64,000 bases of DNA, taken from NCBI GenBank assembly GCA_964489875.1, contig CAZAZW010000002.1, positions 64,503-128,502 on the forward strand, read 5' to 3'. Below are positions 19,378-28,387 of this stretch, one piece after another. Made by a program: the position numbers and the translations under genes. How positions within the stretch are numbered: the stretch's first letter is position 1; every line of letters starts with the position of its first letter. Source of the DNA: an uncultured Gammaproteobacteria bacterium (GTDB lineage: Bacteria > Patescibacteriota > Microgenomatia > Daviesbacterales > UBA10151). The notes beneath the pieces were generated by a model. That model was not told the DNA's origin and did not search any database. It saw nothing but the letters and a program-made list of their open reading frames with translations.

Positions 19378-21282
19378 ATGATGGCTTTGATCCAAAAACT
19401 TGCAATTTTACTGCTTTTTTTATTTTTTCTCTTGCCAGTCAAGGTGTTAGCTGCAGGAGAGTTTGCTACCTCTTATGATGTCTTATATGACGTGGATGAA
19501 TCCGGGGTCACCACAGTCACCGAAAAAGTTACCCTCAAGAATTTGACTTCGGAGTATTTTGCCAATCAGTTTAAATTAACTATCGGTGCAACGAAGATTT
19601 CTGATATTAAGGCTTCTGATCCGGGAGGGGCATTAGATGTGACTCAGGAACAAAAGGATAATCTCACTACCATCGGAGTCAAATTTAACCAGCAGGTAGC
19701 AGGGCTCGGGAAAAGTTTGCCTTGGACTATTACTTTCAAATCCAAGGATTTTGCCGAAAAATTGGGTAAAGTGTGGGAAATTAGAGTACCCAGAGTTTCT
19801 TCTTCTTCAAACCTGGAATCATATAACCTAACCTTGTCAGTGCCTCAAAGCTTTGGTTCTCCTTCTTTGATCAGCCCCACTCCTAAAAGTCAATCTACTT
19901 CTGCCGGTAAAATATTTTTAACTTTTGATAAAGAAAGCCTGCAGGAACAGGGAATTTCTGCCAATTTCGGTAGTATCCAACTCTTTGATTTTGATCTTGC
20001 CTACCATCTGGAAAATAATAATTTAATGCCGATTCTCACAAATATTGCCCTGCCGCCGGATACTTCTTATCAGGATGTTATCTACCAAAGAATAGATCCT
20101 AAACCCCTTAATGTGACGGTAGACAGCGATGGCAATTATTTAGCATGGTACAGGTTAAACCGGAGCCAAAAAATTGATGTGAAGGTTTTTGGTTCGGCAA
20201 AACTTTATACAAACTCGAAGGTACGAAGTCCTTCTTTAGACGAGGCCTCAAGAAAAAAATATACGGAGACTCAGAAATATTGGGAGAAGGATAATCCCCA
20301 AATAGTAAGTAAACTGAAGGAAATCCTAGGTGATAATCCTCCAGCAAGCAGCGAAGAAAAGGCCAGACTGCTGTTTCAATTTGTAGTAGATCATTTAAAG
20401 TACGACTCGAAGCGACTAACAGACTCTATAGAAAGACTGGGTGCTGTCACAGCCTTAAGTAATCCTGATTCAGCTGTTTGTATGGAATTCACGGATTTAT
20501 TTATAGCCCTTTCCCGGGCCGCCGGTATTCCGGCCAGAGAGCTAAATGGTTTTGCTTACACTGCTAATACGACTCTCAGGCCGCTTTCTTTAACAAAAGA
20601 TATTCTGCATGCTTGGCCCGAATACTGGGATGAACGACGCGGTTGGGTAATGGTAGATCCTACTTGGGAAAATACTACCGGCGGAATGGATTATTTTAGT
20701 AAACTGGATTTAAATCATTTTACTTTTGTAGTAAAGGGGTCATCTTCTACAGAACCCATCCCCGCCGGTTCGTATAAGCAAAGCTTGCGACAGGATTCAC
20801 GCGATGTGAAAGTATCTTTGTCAGATACCGATTTTTTGGGGAAAGCACAGATAGATATTCAAGTTGAGGCTGCCGATCCAATCATTGCCGGTTTTCCCGG
20901 TAAGGTTAAAGTCAAAATTACCAACATAGGTAATTCTTTCTTTCCTTCTACTCCGCTGGGTTTGAGCGCTACTAGGATTTTAGTCTTAAGTTCCCTGGGT
21001 CAGAAATCAGGACCGATACCTGCTTTTGGTAACGGCGAGTTTACCTTTAATATACGGACAGGATCGCTTTTAGATTCCTATCAGGATCAAATTACCGTGT
21101 TGGTGGGAGGACAAAAGATTACTAAAGATGCTACGGTCAAGCCCTTTTTCCTTTTCCAGACAATACCTTTGGTAATAGGAGGGGTTGTGGGACTTATGAT
21201 TCTGATTTATTTTGTGGTATTAGGAGGCCATTTTTACCAGAAGAGAATGAAGAAGAAAACTAAAAAGAAGAGTGGAAAATGA
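19378..21282 (+). CDS. Secreted, C-terminally anchored transglutaminase-like protein
   Basis: Signal peptide; VCMEF, HAW, VDPTW Cys-His-Asp triad; C-terminal TM and Lys tail. Confidence 0.85.
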   Translation: MMALIQKLAILLLFLFFLLPVKVLAAGEFATSYDVLYDVDESGVTTVTEKVTLKNLTSEYFANQFKLTIGATKISDIKASDPGGALDVTQEQKDNLTTIGVKFNQQVAGLGKSLPWTITFKSKDFAEKLGKVWEIRVPRVSSSSNLESYNLTLSVPQSFGSPSLISPTPKSQSTSAGKIFLTFDKESLQEQGISANFGSIQLFDFDLAYHLENNNLMPILTNIALPPDTSYQDVIYQRIDPKPLNVTVDSDGNYLAWYRLNRSQKIDVKVFGSAKLYTNSKVRSPSLDEASRKKYTETQKYWEKDNPQIVSKLKEILGDNPPASSEEKARLLFQFVVDHLKYDSKRLTDSIERLGAVTALSNPDSAVCMEFTDLFIALSRAAGIPARELNGFAYTANTTLRPLSLTKDILHAWPEYWDERRGWVMVDPTWENTTGGMDYFSKLDLNHFTFVVKGSSSTEPIPAGSYKQSLRQDSRDVKVSLSDTDFLGKAQIDIQVEAADPIIAGFPGKVKVKITNIGNSFFPSTPLGLSATRILVLSSLGQKSGPIPAFGNGEFTFNIRTGSLLDSYQDQITVLVGGQKITKDATVKPFFLFQTIPLVIGGVVGLMILIYFVVLGGHFYQKRMKKKTKKKSGK

Positions 21283-22552
21283 CGTGATCCCTGCTTTCTT
21301 CGACAGATCTAAGATTCCTCATAAGCCCGGTGTCTACATTTACAAAAGTAAGGGCGGGAGGGTTATCTATGTTGGTAAGGCAATTGATTTAAGTAGTCGA
21401 GTATCCTCATATTTCCATTCCAAAGATAAGAATTCAAAAACAGAGGTTTTGGTAAAGGAAATAAGTCAGGTGGAGACGATTATAGTTGAATCGGAACTGG
21501 AAGCCTTGATTCTGGAAGCAAACTTAATTAAAAAATATCTGCCGCCATTTAATGTCCGCCTCACCGATGATAAAGATTATCTGTATATAATGGTGACTAA
21601 AGAAGATTTCCCCAAGATCCTGACTGCGAGAAAAAAGGACTTAGGGGTTGCAAAAAAATACTGGGGCCCTTTTCCTTCCAGTAGAACTGTAAAAGAAACC
21701 TTGAAGTCATTAAGAAGAGTTTTCCCTTGGTGTTCCATAGGTAAACGGGTCGCTACTTGGCATGCTCGTCCCTGCTTCTATTACCACTTGGAACAGTGCC
21801 CCGGTGCTTGCGCCGGTTTAATTTCCCGGAAAGATTACCAAAAAATAATCAAAAACTTCTCTAAATTTATGGATGGAAAAAAAGATGAATTGGTGGCAAA
21901 TTTACTGACGGAGATAGGTGAAGAATCAAAACATCAAAGGTTTGAAGCTGCTTCCCGGATTAAAAAAATCCTGGATGGTATTACCTATATGACTCAACCT
22001 AACAGGGTTAAGCTTTATTTGGAAAACCCGAATTTTCTGGAAGAAGAAAGGCAACTTGCTTTAGTTGCGCTAAAAGAGGATTTAAAGCTAAAAAAAATTC
22101 CGGAAAGAATTGAAGGGTATGATATTTCTAATATCCAGGGGAAAGAAGCTACCGGCTCTATGGTGGTTCTAACCGATGGTGAAATAGATAAGAGCCAGTA
22201 TCGGAAATTTAAAATACGGATTTCAGGTAAGCCAAATGATGTTGGTATGATGCGAGAAATGATAAGACGAAGATTTACTCATAAAGAGTGGATGAAACCT
22301 GATTTAATTATTGTGGATGGAGGAAAACCACAGGTTAATGGGGTGAAATTAGAAATTAGAAATTTGAAATTAGAAATTCCTCTTTATGGTCTGGCTAAAA
22401 GACTGGAGTGGTTGTATCCGCCGGAAGGGGAGGCTCTAAAACTGCCCAGGAAAAGTCTTTCCCTAAAATTGCTTCAGAAACTTCGTGATGAGGCTCACAG
22501 ATTTGCCATAAGTTATCATAAGAAATTACGTGGTAATATGTTATTGAGATGA
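21272..22552 (+). CDS. uvrC: Excinuclease ABC subunit C (short form lacking C-terminal HhH)
   Basis: GVY..YVGKA GIY-YIG domain, UVR, YDISN..DGGK..RDEAHRFA. Confidence 0.93.
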   Translation: MENDVIPAFFDRSKIPHKPGVYIYKSKGGRVIYVGKAIDLSSRVSSYFHSKDKNSKTEVLVKEISQVETIIVESELEALILEANLIKKYLPPFNVRLTDDKDYLYIMVTKEDFPKILTARKKDLGVAKKYWGPFPSSRTVKETLKSLRRVFPWCSIGKRVATWHARPCFYYHLEQCPGACAGLISRKDYQKIIKNFSKFMDGKKDELVANLLTEIGEESKHQRFEAASRIKKILDGITYMTQPNRVKLYLENPNFLEEERQLALVALKEDLKLKKIPERIEGYDISNIQGKEATGSMVVLTDGEIDKSQYRKFKIRISGKPNDVGMMREMIRRRFTHKEWMKPDLIIVDGGKPQVNGVKLEIRNLKLEIPLYGLAKRLEWLYPPEGEALKLPRKSLSLKLLQKLRDEAHRFAISYHKKLRGNMLLR

Positions 22553-22950
22553 AAAAACTGCTCCGTTATTTTTTAATAAATCTGGTATCCCTTTGGGCAG
22601 CCACTCAGATTATCCCCGGCCTAACCTATACAGGAGGGGTAAAGAGCTTAATTGTGGGAGGGATAGCATTCATGGCAATTAACTTGCTTTTAGTTCCACT
22701 GCTTAAGGTGTTACTTCTGCCCCTTAATCTTTTGACTTTAGGAGTTTTTGCCTGGATTACTAATGTTTTAGCGCTCTATGCCCTAACTACCATAATTTCT
22801 GATTTTCGCTTGGTTCCCTATGCTTTTTCCGGTTTTAACTACAACGGAATTACAATTCCCTCATATGAACTATCTTCATTTATGGTAGCTGTGGTAGCCT
22901 CACTTCTAATCGGATTGATCACACATTTTTTACAATGGCTAACCCACTAG
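22549..22950 (+). CDS. YvlD/phage-holin-4 family membrane protein
   Basis: N..L.P.LK...LPLN.LTLG.F...N motif, four TM helices. Confidence 0.85.
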   Translation: MKKLLRYFLINLVSLWAATQIIPGLTYTGGVKSLIVGGIAFMAINLLLVPLLKVLLLPLNLLTLGVFAWITNVLALYALTTIISDFRLVPYAFSGFNYNGITIPSYELSSFMVAVVASLLIGLITHFLQWLTH

Positions 22951-22975
22951 ATTTGGTGGTATAATCCTTAGAAAG

Positions 22976-23191
22976 ATGCAAGCGATTGTTTTCTTAATAC
23001 AAATTATTTTAGGCATTTTGCTTATTTTTGTCATTATTATTCAACAAAAGGGCTCCGGTTTGGGATCTTCTTTTGGAGGAGATATGTCTTTTTACCGTAC
23101 CAGAAGAGGCGCAGAAAAGTTCCTTTTCTACGGTACTATTGGAATTGCCTTAGCCTTTATACTTTTCTCCTTAGTCGGTCTTTTGGTTTAA
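22976..23191 (+). CDS. secG: Preprotein translocase subunit SecG
   Basis: Two TM helices flanking QQKGSGLGSSFGG...RRGAEK. Confidence 0.92.
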   Translation: MQAIVFLIQIILGILLIFVIIIQQKGSGLGSSFGGDMSFYRTRRGAEKFLFYGTIGIALAFILFSLVGLLV

Positions 23192-23194
23192 GTT

Positions 23195-24577
23195 ATGAAC
23201 TTAAAATCTGCAAAACTTTTTCTACTTATAACCATTAAGTACATAAGGAGAAACAAAATATGGTTTGTAGCCGGGGCTGCTTCACTGATAGTTCTGGTAA
23301 TCTTCCTAATTAAATTAAGTTTCCTTTATTCACAGAGTGCTTTAAGGATAGGTGTAATTGGAACCTACCAGGAGCATGATTTACCGGAAGAGGTAACAAG
23401 ACTGATCTCAACGGCTTTAATTAAAGCGGGCGGAAGCGGTAAGGTGTTACCAAACCTAGTCAGCGGCTGGGAAGTAAATAATGATGCTACCAGCTTTAAA
23501 TTTAAATTACAGGATGGTCTTAAATGGGCTGACGGAACAAAAATAAGATCATCTGATCTGGAATTTGCCATTCCCAATACCAGTGCCACCTACCCTGACG
23601 ACAAAACAATACAATTTGACCTTAAGGAATCTTATTCTCCCTTGCCGTCACTTTTAGCCAAACCGATTTTTAAAAAAGGAACCCTGATTGGTACAGGTCC
23701 ATACCAGATTAAAAAGATTGAAAAAAGCCGAATTTTTATTACTAAAATTACTTTGGAGGCAAGTGACCAGCAATTGCCTGTCATCCATATTCGCTTTTAC
23801 CCTAATGAAAAAGTGGCTGTTACCGGTTTTAATTTAGGTGAGGTTTCGGTGCTTTCAGGTGTGACTAATCCAAAAGCTATTCCGGCAAATTCCCTGATTC
23901 GCATCAATAAAAAAACCGACTATTCTAAAATCGTGACAGTGCTATTTCAGACAACAGACTCGCTTCTTAGGAATCGGTCACTGCGTCAAGCTTTAGCATA
24001 TCAGGCTCCGCAAATTTCCGGTGAGGAGACTGCTAACAATCCTTTTCCTCCGGGCTCCTGGGCTTACAATAATCTTTCCAAAAAGTATCTATCCAATCCC
24101 GAAGAAGCAGAGGAAGCACTGGAGAGGGCCAAATCATCTATATCAGAAGATATGATGAATTCAGAGATAATTTTGACAGCTACTCCCAATTTGGAAGAGG
24201 TAGGAAAAATGATCGTAGAATCCTGGAAAAAATTGGGGTTTGACATCAAGCTTAGAATAGAGTCAGGTATCCCCCAGAACTTCCAGGCGCTTTTAATTAC
24301 ACAAAGCATTCCCACTGATCCAGACCAATATTTTCTCTGGCATGCTACTCAAACCAAGACCAATTTAACAAAATATAATTCCAAAAGAGTAGATAAGGAT
24401 TTAGAAGATGGCAGAAAAATTATTACCGAAGAGGAAAGAAAAGAAAAATATTTTGATTTTCAAAAAACCCTACTGGAAGACACCCCGGCCATTTTTCTCT
24501 ACTTTCCCAAAAACAATATAGTATATCTTAAAAAGGTGGAAACTCTTCTAAATAAAGTCCTTCTTTTGGGGGGTTGA
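23195..24577 (+). CDS. ABC transporter substrate-binding protein, family 5
   Basis: PNLVSGWE, KWADG, IGTGPY, LRQAL, PAIFLY. Confidence 0.85.
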   Translation: MNLKSAKLFLLITIKYIRRNKIWFVAGAASLIVLVIFLIKLSFLYSQSALRIGVIGTYQEHDLPEEVTRLISTALIKAGGSGKVLPNLVSGWEVNNDATSFKFKLQDGLKWADGTKIRSSDLEFAIPNTSATYPDDKTIQFDLKESYSPLPSLLAKPIFKKGTLIGTGPYQIKKIEKSRIFITKITLEASDQQLPVIHIRFYPNEKVAVTGFNLGEVSVLSGVTNPKAIPANSLIRINKKTDYSKIVTVLFQTTDSLLRNRSLRQALAYQAPQISGEETANNPFPPGSWAYNNLSKKYLSNPEEAEEALERAKSSISEDMMNSEIILTATPNLEEVGKMIVESWKKLGFDIKLRIESGIPQNFQALLITQSIPTDPDQYFLWHATQTKTNLTKYNSKRVDKDLEDGRKIITEEERKEKYFDFQKTLLEDTPAIFLYFPKNNIVYLKKVETLLNKVLLLGG

Positions 24578-24671
24578 CTTAAAGTAGCTTCAGTGAAACA
24601 ATAAACCCGCAATCTCGAAAAACCTACACAGACGGTTATATGGGATTTTTTGTGTTTAAGAGAAGGTAATT

Positions 24672-25763
24672 ATGACTAAAACTCTGAAGGAAACGCTAAA
24701 GGAAATTCAGATTCTGCTGGGGCAACCTCACCGGAAAATTGCCGGGACCCTAAAAGGCTACTTGAATTTCTTAAATCCGCCTGAAAATGGAGAAAAAGTT
24801 TCCGAGCTTAAAAATGGACAAAAAATACAAACTATACATCATGGCAAAATTACCTGGGTCGATGTTAAAGATCCTAGTCGTAGAGAAATTAGCCAACTGG
24901 CGGAAAAATTTCCTTTCCATCCGCTTCATCTTGAAGATTGCGTTTCTAAGGGACAATTTCCGAAGTTAGAACAAAGCGATGAAGATAAATACTTATTTTT
25001 ATTGTTTCGTCTCCCACGCTTTCATTCCCGCGCAGGAAATATAACAATTAACCAAATCAGCTTCTTTTTGGGAGAGAATTATCTTGTAACTATACATGAG
25101 GATAGTGGCGATACCATCTCCACCATATTTACAGACTGTAAGGAAAATGTTGAACATCGCAAAGCATATATTAATAACTCTACTTCCCACCTTTTTTATA
25201 CAATCCTGGAGAAGCTAACAGATGATTTGTCGCCTATTTTGCAAAGTATCCTAAAAGAAGTTGATGAAACAGAAGATATCGTGTTTGATGATAAAGTTTC
25301 CGGTGTATATAAAGTAGGCCAACTAAGAAGGAAGATTATCAGCCTAAGGAGAGTGATAGGACCCTTAAGGGTACTTCTTAAGGATATAGAGGAGAGGATC
25401 AATAAATTCGCCAAAAGTAATTTAACAGTTTATTTTGTTGATATTGCCCACCGTATTGATAAGACCTGGGAAACCCTGGAGGAGGCCAGGGAAACGGTGG
25501 ATATTTATAAGGATGCAGATTTCATAGCCAGTACCGAAAAAACAAACAGGATTTTGGCAATGTTAACTTTAATCTTTACCTTATCCATCCCGGCCACTGT
25601 CATCGGGTCGTTTTATGGGATGAATATTCTGCTTCCGGGTGGTCTAGAGAGTGGTTCGTTTGCATTCCTGGGAAAATATACCACCTTTATCCTAATTCTG
25701 ATTGCTGCAGCGCTGCCGGCATTTTTGATGTTCATTCTTTTTAGAAAAAGGGGCTGGTTTTGA
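24672..25763 (+). CDS. corA: CorA-family Mg2+ transporter
   Basis: FHPLHLED, YGMN signature, two C-terminal TM helices. Confidence 0.92.
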   Translation: MTKTLKETLKEIQILLGQPHRKIAGTLKGYLNFLNPPENGEKVSELKNGQKIQTIHHGKITWVDVKDPSRREISQLAEKFPFHPLHLEDCVSKGQFPKLEQSDEDKYLFLLFRLPRFHSRAGNITINQISFFLGENYLVTIHEDSGDTISTIFTDCKENVEHRKAYINNSTSHLFYTILEKLTDDLSPILQSILKEVDETEDIVFDDKVSGVYKVGQLRRKIISLRRVIGPLRVLLKDIEERINKFAKSNLTVYFVDIAHRIDKTWETLEEARETVDIYKDADFIASTEKTNRILAMLTLIFTLSIPATVIGSFYGMNILLPGGLESGSFAFLGKYTTFILILIAAALPAFLMFILFRKRGWF

Positions 25764-25883
25764 GAGTAATTTTGGGGGGTTGACAGGTCACCGAAATGGG
25801 TGGACAATTAATTTTAGAATCTCTAAAACTGAAGAAAAGAGCAGGTTAGGGATTTTTTGATGGTTAGCCCAGGAAACTTTATC

Positions 25884-26282
25884 ATGGCGAATAACATTAA
25901 AAAATTCGGTCCGCTACTTTTTCTGCTTTTCCATCCGGTTTTTCTGGTTTCGGTTTTTGTTCTCAAATTTATGGAGATTATCAGTGAGCATCTGGCGCTC
26001 CTTTTAATCGGCGCGCTTTCTTTGGAGGCAATTTACCTTGCCTCTTTTATTTGGGCGAAGTTGGCTCGAACAGCTAACTACTTAAGGGAAGTGCAAAAAG
26101 AGATGGCGGATTTAAGAGAAGATACGGCAGATCTGCCCAGAATGCAGCGGGAGCTTATTTATGCAGGACATCAGATTAAGACTCTCCAGATGGACCTTGA
26201 CGCTTTGAAAAAAACAGGTAGCATTAAGCTCTCCGGCAACGGTCACAGAAGATCCCACCCACCAGCAATATCACATTCTTAA
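25884..26282 (+). CDS. Small membrane protein with coiled-coil tail
   Basis: Two TM helices (SLEAIYL) followed by a heptad-rich segment. Confidence 0.6.
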   Translation: MANNIKKFGPLLFLLFHPVFLVSVFVLKFMEIISEHLALLLIGALSLEAIYLASFIWAKLARTANYLREVQKEMADLREDTADLPRMQRELIYAGHQIKTLQMDLDALKKTGSIKLSGNGHRRSHPPAISHS

Positions 26283-26370
26283 CTTCTTTTAACACAATTC
26301 TATTCTTTCTTACACATTTTTCTGTTTAAATGTAGCAGTAAATCTATTAAAGAGGGGAGGTGAACTAAAA

Positions 26371-26592
26371 ATGGATGCTATGCCAATGTCGAGTCAGCCT
26401 ATGAGCAGATCTGATGCAATGAAACACATGGACCATGTAGATTATCCCGCAAGCAAAGAAGATTTAGTCAAAGCTTGCAATAATATGTCGGATGTATCCA
26501 ATGAGGATAAGAAATGGTTTATGGAAAGTTTGCCGGAGGGCAGTTATAACAGCCCTGATGAGGTCAAAGAAGCTCTGGGATCATCAATGTAG
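26371..26592 (+). CDS. DUF2795-like small protein
   Basis: VDYPASKEDLV...LPEGSYNSPDEV; strong GGAGGTG RBS. Confidence 0.8.
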   Translation: MDAMPMSSQPMSRSDAMKHMDHVDYPASKEDLVKACNNMSDVSNEDKKWFMESLPEGSYNSPDEVKEALGSSM

Positions 26593-26698
26593 GCCTTCAA
26601 GGCCTTCCCTGATTTCTAAAGTCCTTCTGCCCAGGACCCATTCTGAATAGAAGCTGTAATCTGTGTAGTATACTTGTTTTGGCAAGGAGGGGAGTGAT

Positions 26699-27421
26699 TT
26701 ATTTTCTACTTAGTAACTTTATAAGCACATCTAAAGCAAAATTTTGATCAATGAAATCTGGACTGGTAGCAATGGTAATAACTCCAGCCCTATTCATAGC
26801 TTCCTTTAAGCTGAGAAGTTGCTTTGAAGTTGGCTCGATTGGTTGTCCCGCATCCTCAAACACATCTATGTCTATATCGAGGATCGTATACTGAGGATTA
26901 CCTCTTATATCCATTAAAATATCCTCCAGATCCCCCAAATTATATTGATAAACTTCTTTAATAAGCCCTGAATGCATGGCAGGAATTATAAATGAATTAA
27001 TCGGTAATTCCGTAGTATATTCGGCAATTTCTTGTAAAGTTAAATGAGGAGTTGGCATAAGTATTGGTACTGTAGTGTCAGGATGACCGTCAAGGTGATA
27101 CAGTGTGCTTCCTTGAGCTATCGAACCTTCCAAAAGGGCTTCGTTCCAGGCATAAAAGGCATGGTTATGGTCATCGAAAATATATGTAGGAATACTATTT
27201 TTACCAAACGGCATTCTGATATATTCCTTAAGAGCCTGGATTGGTTCACCGGAGATTGTGATGTTAGTAATCTCGATATCTGAAATTTCTCCAAATCTCA
27301 AGGGTCTTGATTTCGCAAAGAAAATAATTCCACCGCCATAAACAGGCCGGACATTTTCGGTTCTATAATATAGGGAGCGACCTTCATTATCATACCCACT
27401 CGGATATTCCGGCTTTGCCAT
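26699..27421 (-). CDS. UPF0489-family protein (arginase/deacetylase-like metal motifs)
   Basis: DDHNHA, HLDGHPD, LDIDID, TIATSP.FIDQ. Confidence 0.8.
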   Translation of the reverse strand: MAKPEYPSGYDNEGRSLYYRTENVRPVYGGGIIFFAKSRPLRFGEISDIEITNITISGEPIQALKEYIRMPFGKNSIPTYIFDDHNHAFYAWNEALLEGSIAQGSTLYHLDGHPDTTVPILMPTPHLTLQEIAEYTTELPINSFIIPAMHSGLIKEVYQYNLGDLEDILMDIRGNPQYTILDIDIDVFEDAGQPIEPTSKQLLSLKEAMNRAGVITIATSPDFIDQNFALDVLIKLLSRK

Positions 27422-27505
27422 GAGCCGTATTGTATGCATCATGAAAGCCAAAGTCAAAATTGCAGACTAGCTCAAAGTTACAAGAGTCTTTTGCTCTAAG
27501 ATTTG

Positions 27506-27577
27506 TGAGCCGCCTCGGACTCGAACCGAGAACCTATTCCTTAAGAGGGAAGTGCTCTACCATTGAGCTAGCGGCCC
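27506..27577 (-). tRNA. tRNA-Lys(CTT)
   Basis: Cloverleaf gggccgc...gcggctca, anticodon loop ctCTTaa, GTTCGA. Confidence 0.93.
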
Positions 27578-27639
27578 ATCACTGCTTATTCTAACAATTT
27601 ACACCCTAAATCTCCACCTTTTAGGATATACTTAAATTA

Positions 27640-28314
27640 ATGCTATATTTTCTCCTTTTTATTCTTGAGCTTTTACTGCTTTTTTTCTTATCAAAAAAGC
27701 TGATTAACTCTTTAGCTCGGCTGATCTTTAGGCTTACCAAAAGCCACCAGATGGTGGTCCGTATTCTGGCCATATTATTTTTACCGGGAACAATCATTCA
27801 CGAACTGGCCCATCTTTTATTTGCCGGTGTAATGCTTGTCCCGGTCGGGGAAATAAATGTAATTCCGGAGATTGAAGGGGCCGGCGTAAGATTAGGCAGT
27901 GTGCAAATAGGGAAAACTGACCCGTTCAGGAGAACCATTGCGGGAGTGGCCCCGGTCCTTTTGGGGATGATTTTAATTTTCTCCATATTTGTTTTTGTCA
28001 AAATTGGTGTTAGTCCCTGGTGGCAAATAATTTTAGCTATATATTTGCTTTTTGAGATCGGTAATACTATGTTTTCTTCAAAGAAAGATATAGAAAACAG
28101 CGTTCTTTTTATAATTTTAATACTGGTAATGTTTGCAGTGATATTGGCAGCTTTGTATTCCCTAAATCCAGGCTTTCTGCAAGCCACCTGGGCATATTTA
28201 AGTAATCTAGATCTTGAATTTGCAGCCAATTTTTTCAAACAAGCCTTAATTTACCTGTTAGTGCCGGTATCATTAGATTTATTAGTTATATTGTCTACCA
28301 GGTTGTTTCTTTGA
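27640..28314 (+). CDS. Membrane metalloprotease-like protein (M50-like)
   Basis: PGTIIHELAH, G.V, IAGVAP, multiple TM helices. Confidence 0.75.
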   Translation: MLYFLLFILELLLLFFLSKKLINSLARLIFRLTKSHQMVVRILAILFLPGTIIHELAHLLFAGVMLVPVGEINVIPEIEGAGVRLGSVQIGKTDPFRRTIAGVAPVLLGMILIFSIFVFVKIGVSPWWQIILAIYLLFEIGNTMFSSKKDIENSVLFIILILVMFAVILAALYSLNPGFLQATWAYLSNLDLEFAANFFKQALIYLLVPVSLDLLVILSTRLFL

Positions 28315-28350
28315 TCTCAAAATGGTATGATACGCACAGCTGCTTAATGG

Positions 28351-28373
28351 ACCCCGCCATGGCGGGGTTTTTT
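28351..28373 (+). terminator. Terminator-like hairpin upstream of typA
   Basis: accccgcc-at-ggcggggt followed by T run. Confidence 0.6.
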
Positions 28374-28387
28374 GATGACAGAACAAT

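Noticed and set aside
22549-22950. Holin as evidence of a prophage
   Set aside because: YvlD-type membrane protein in a housekeeping uvrC-secG context; no phage structural or lysis genes
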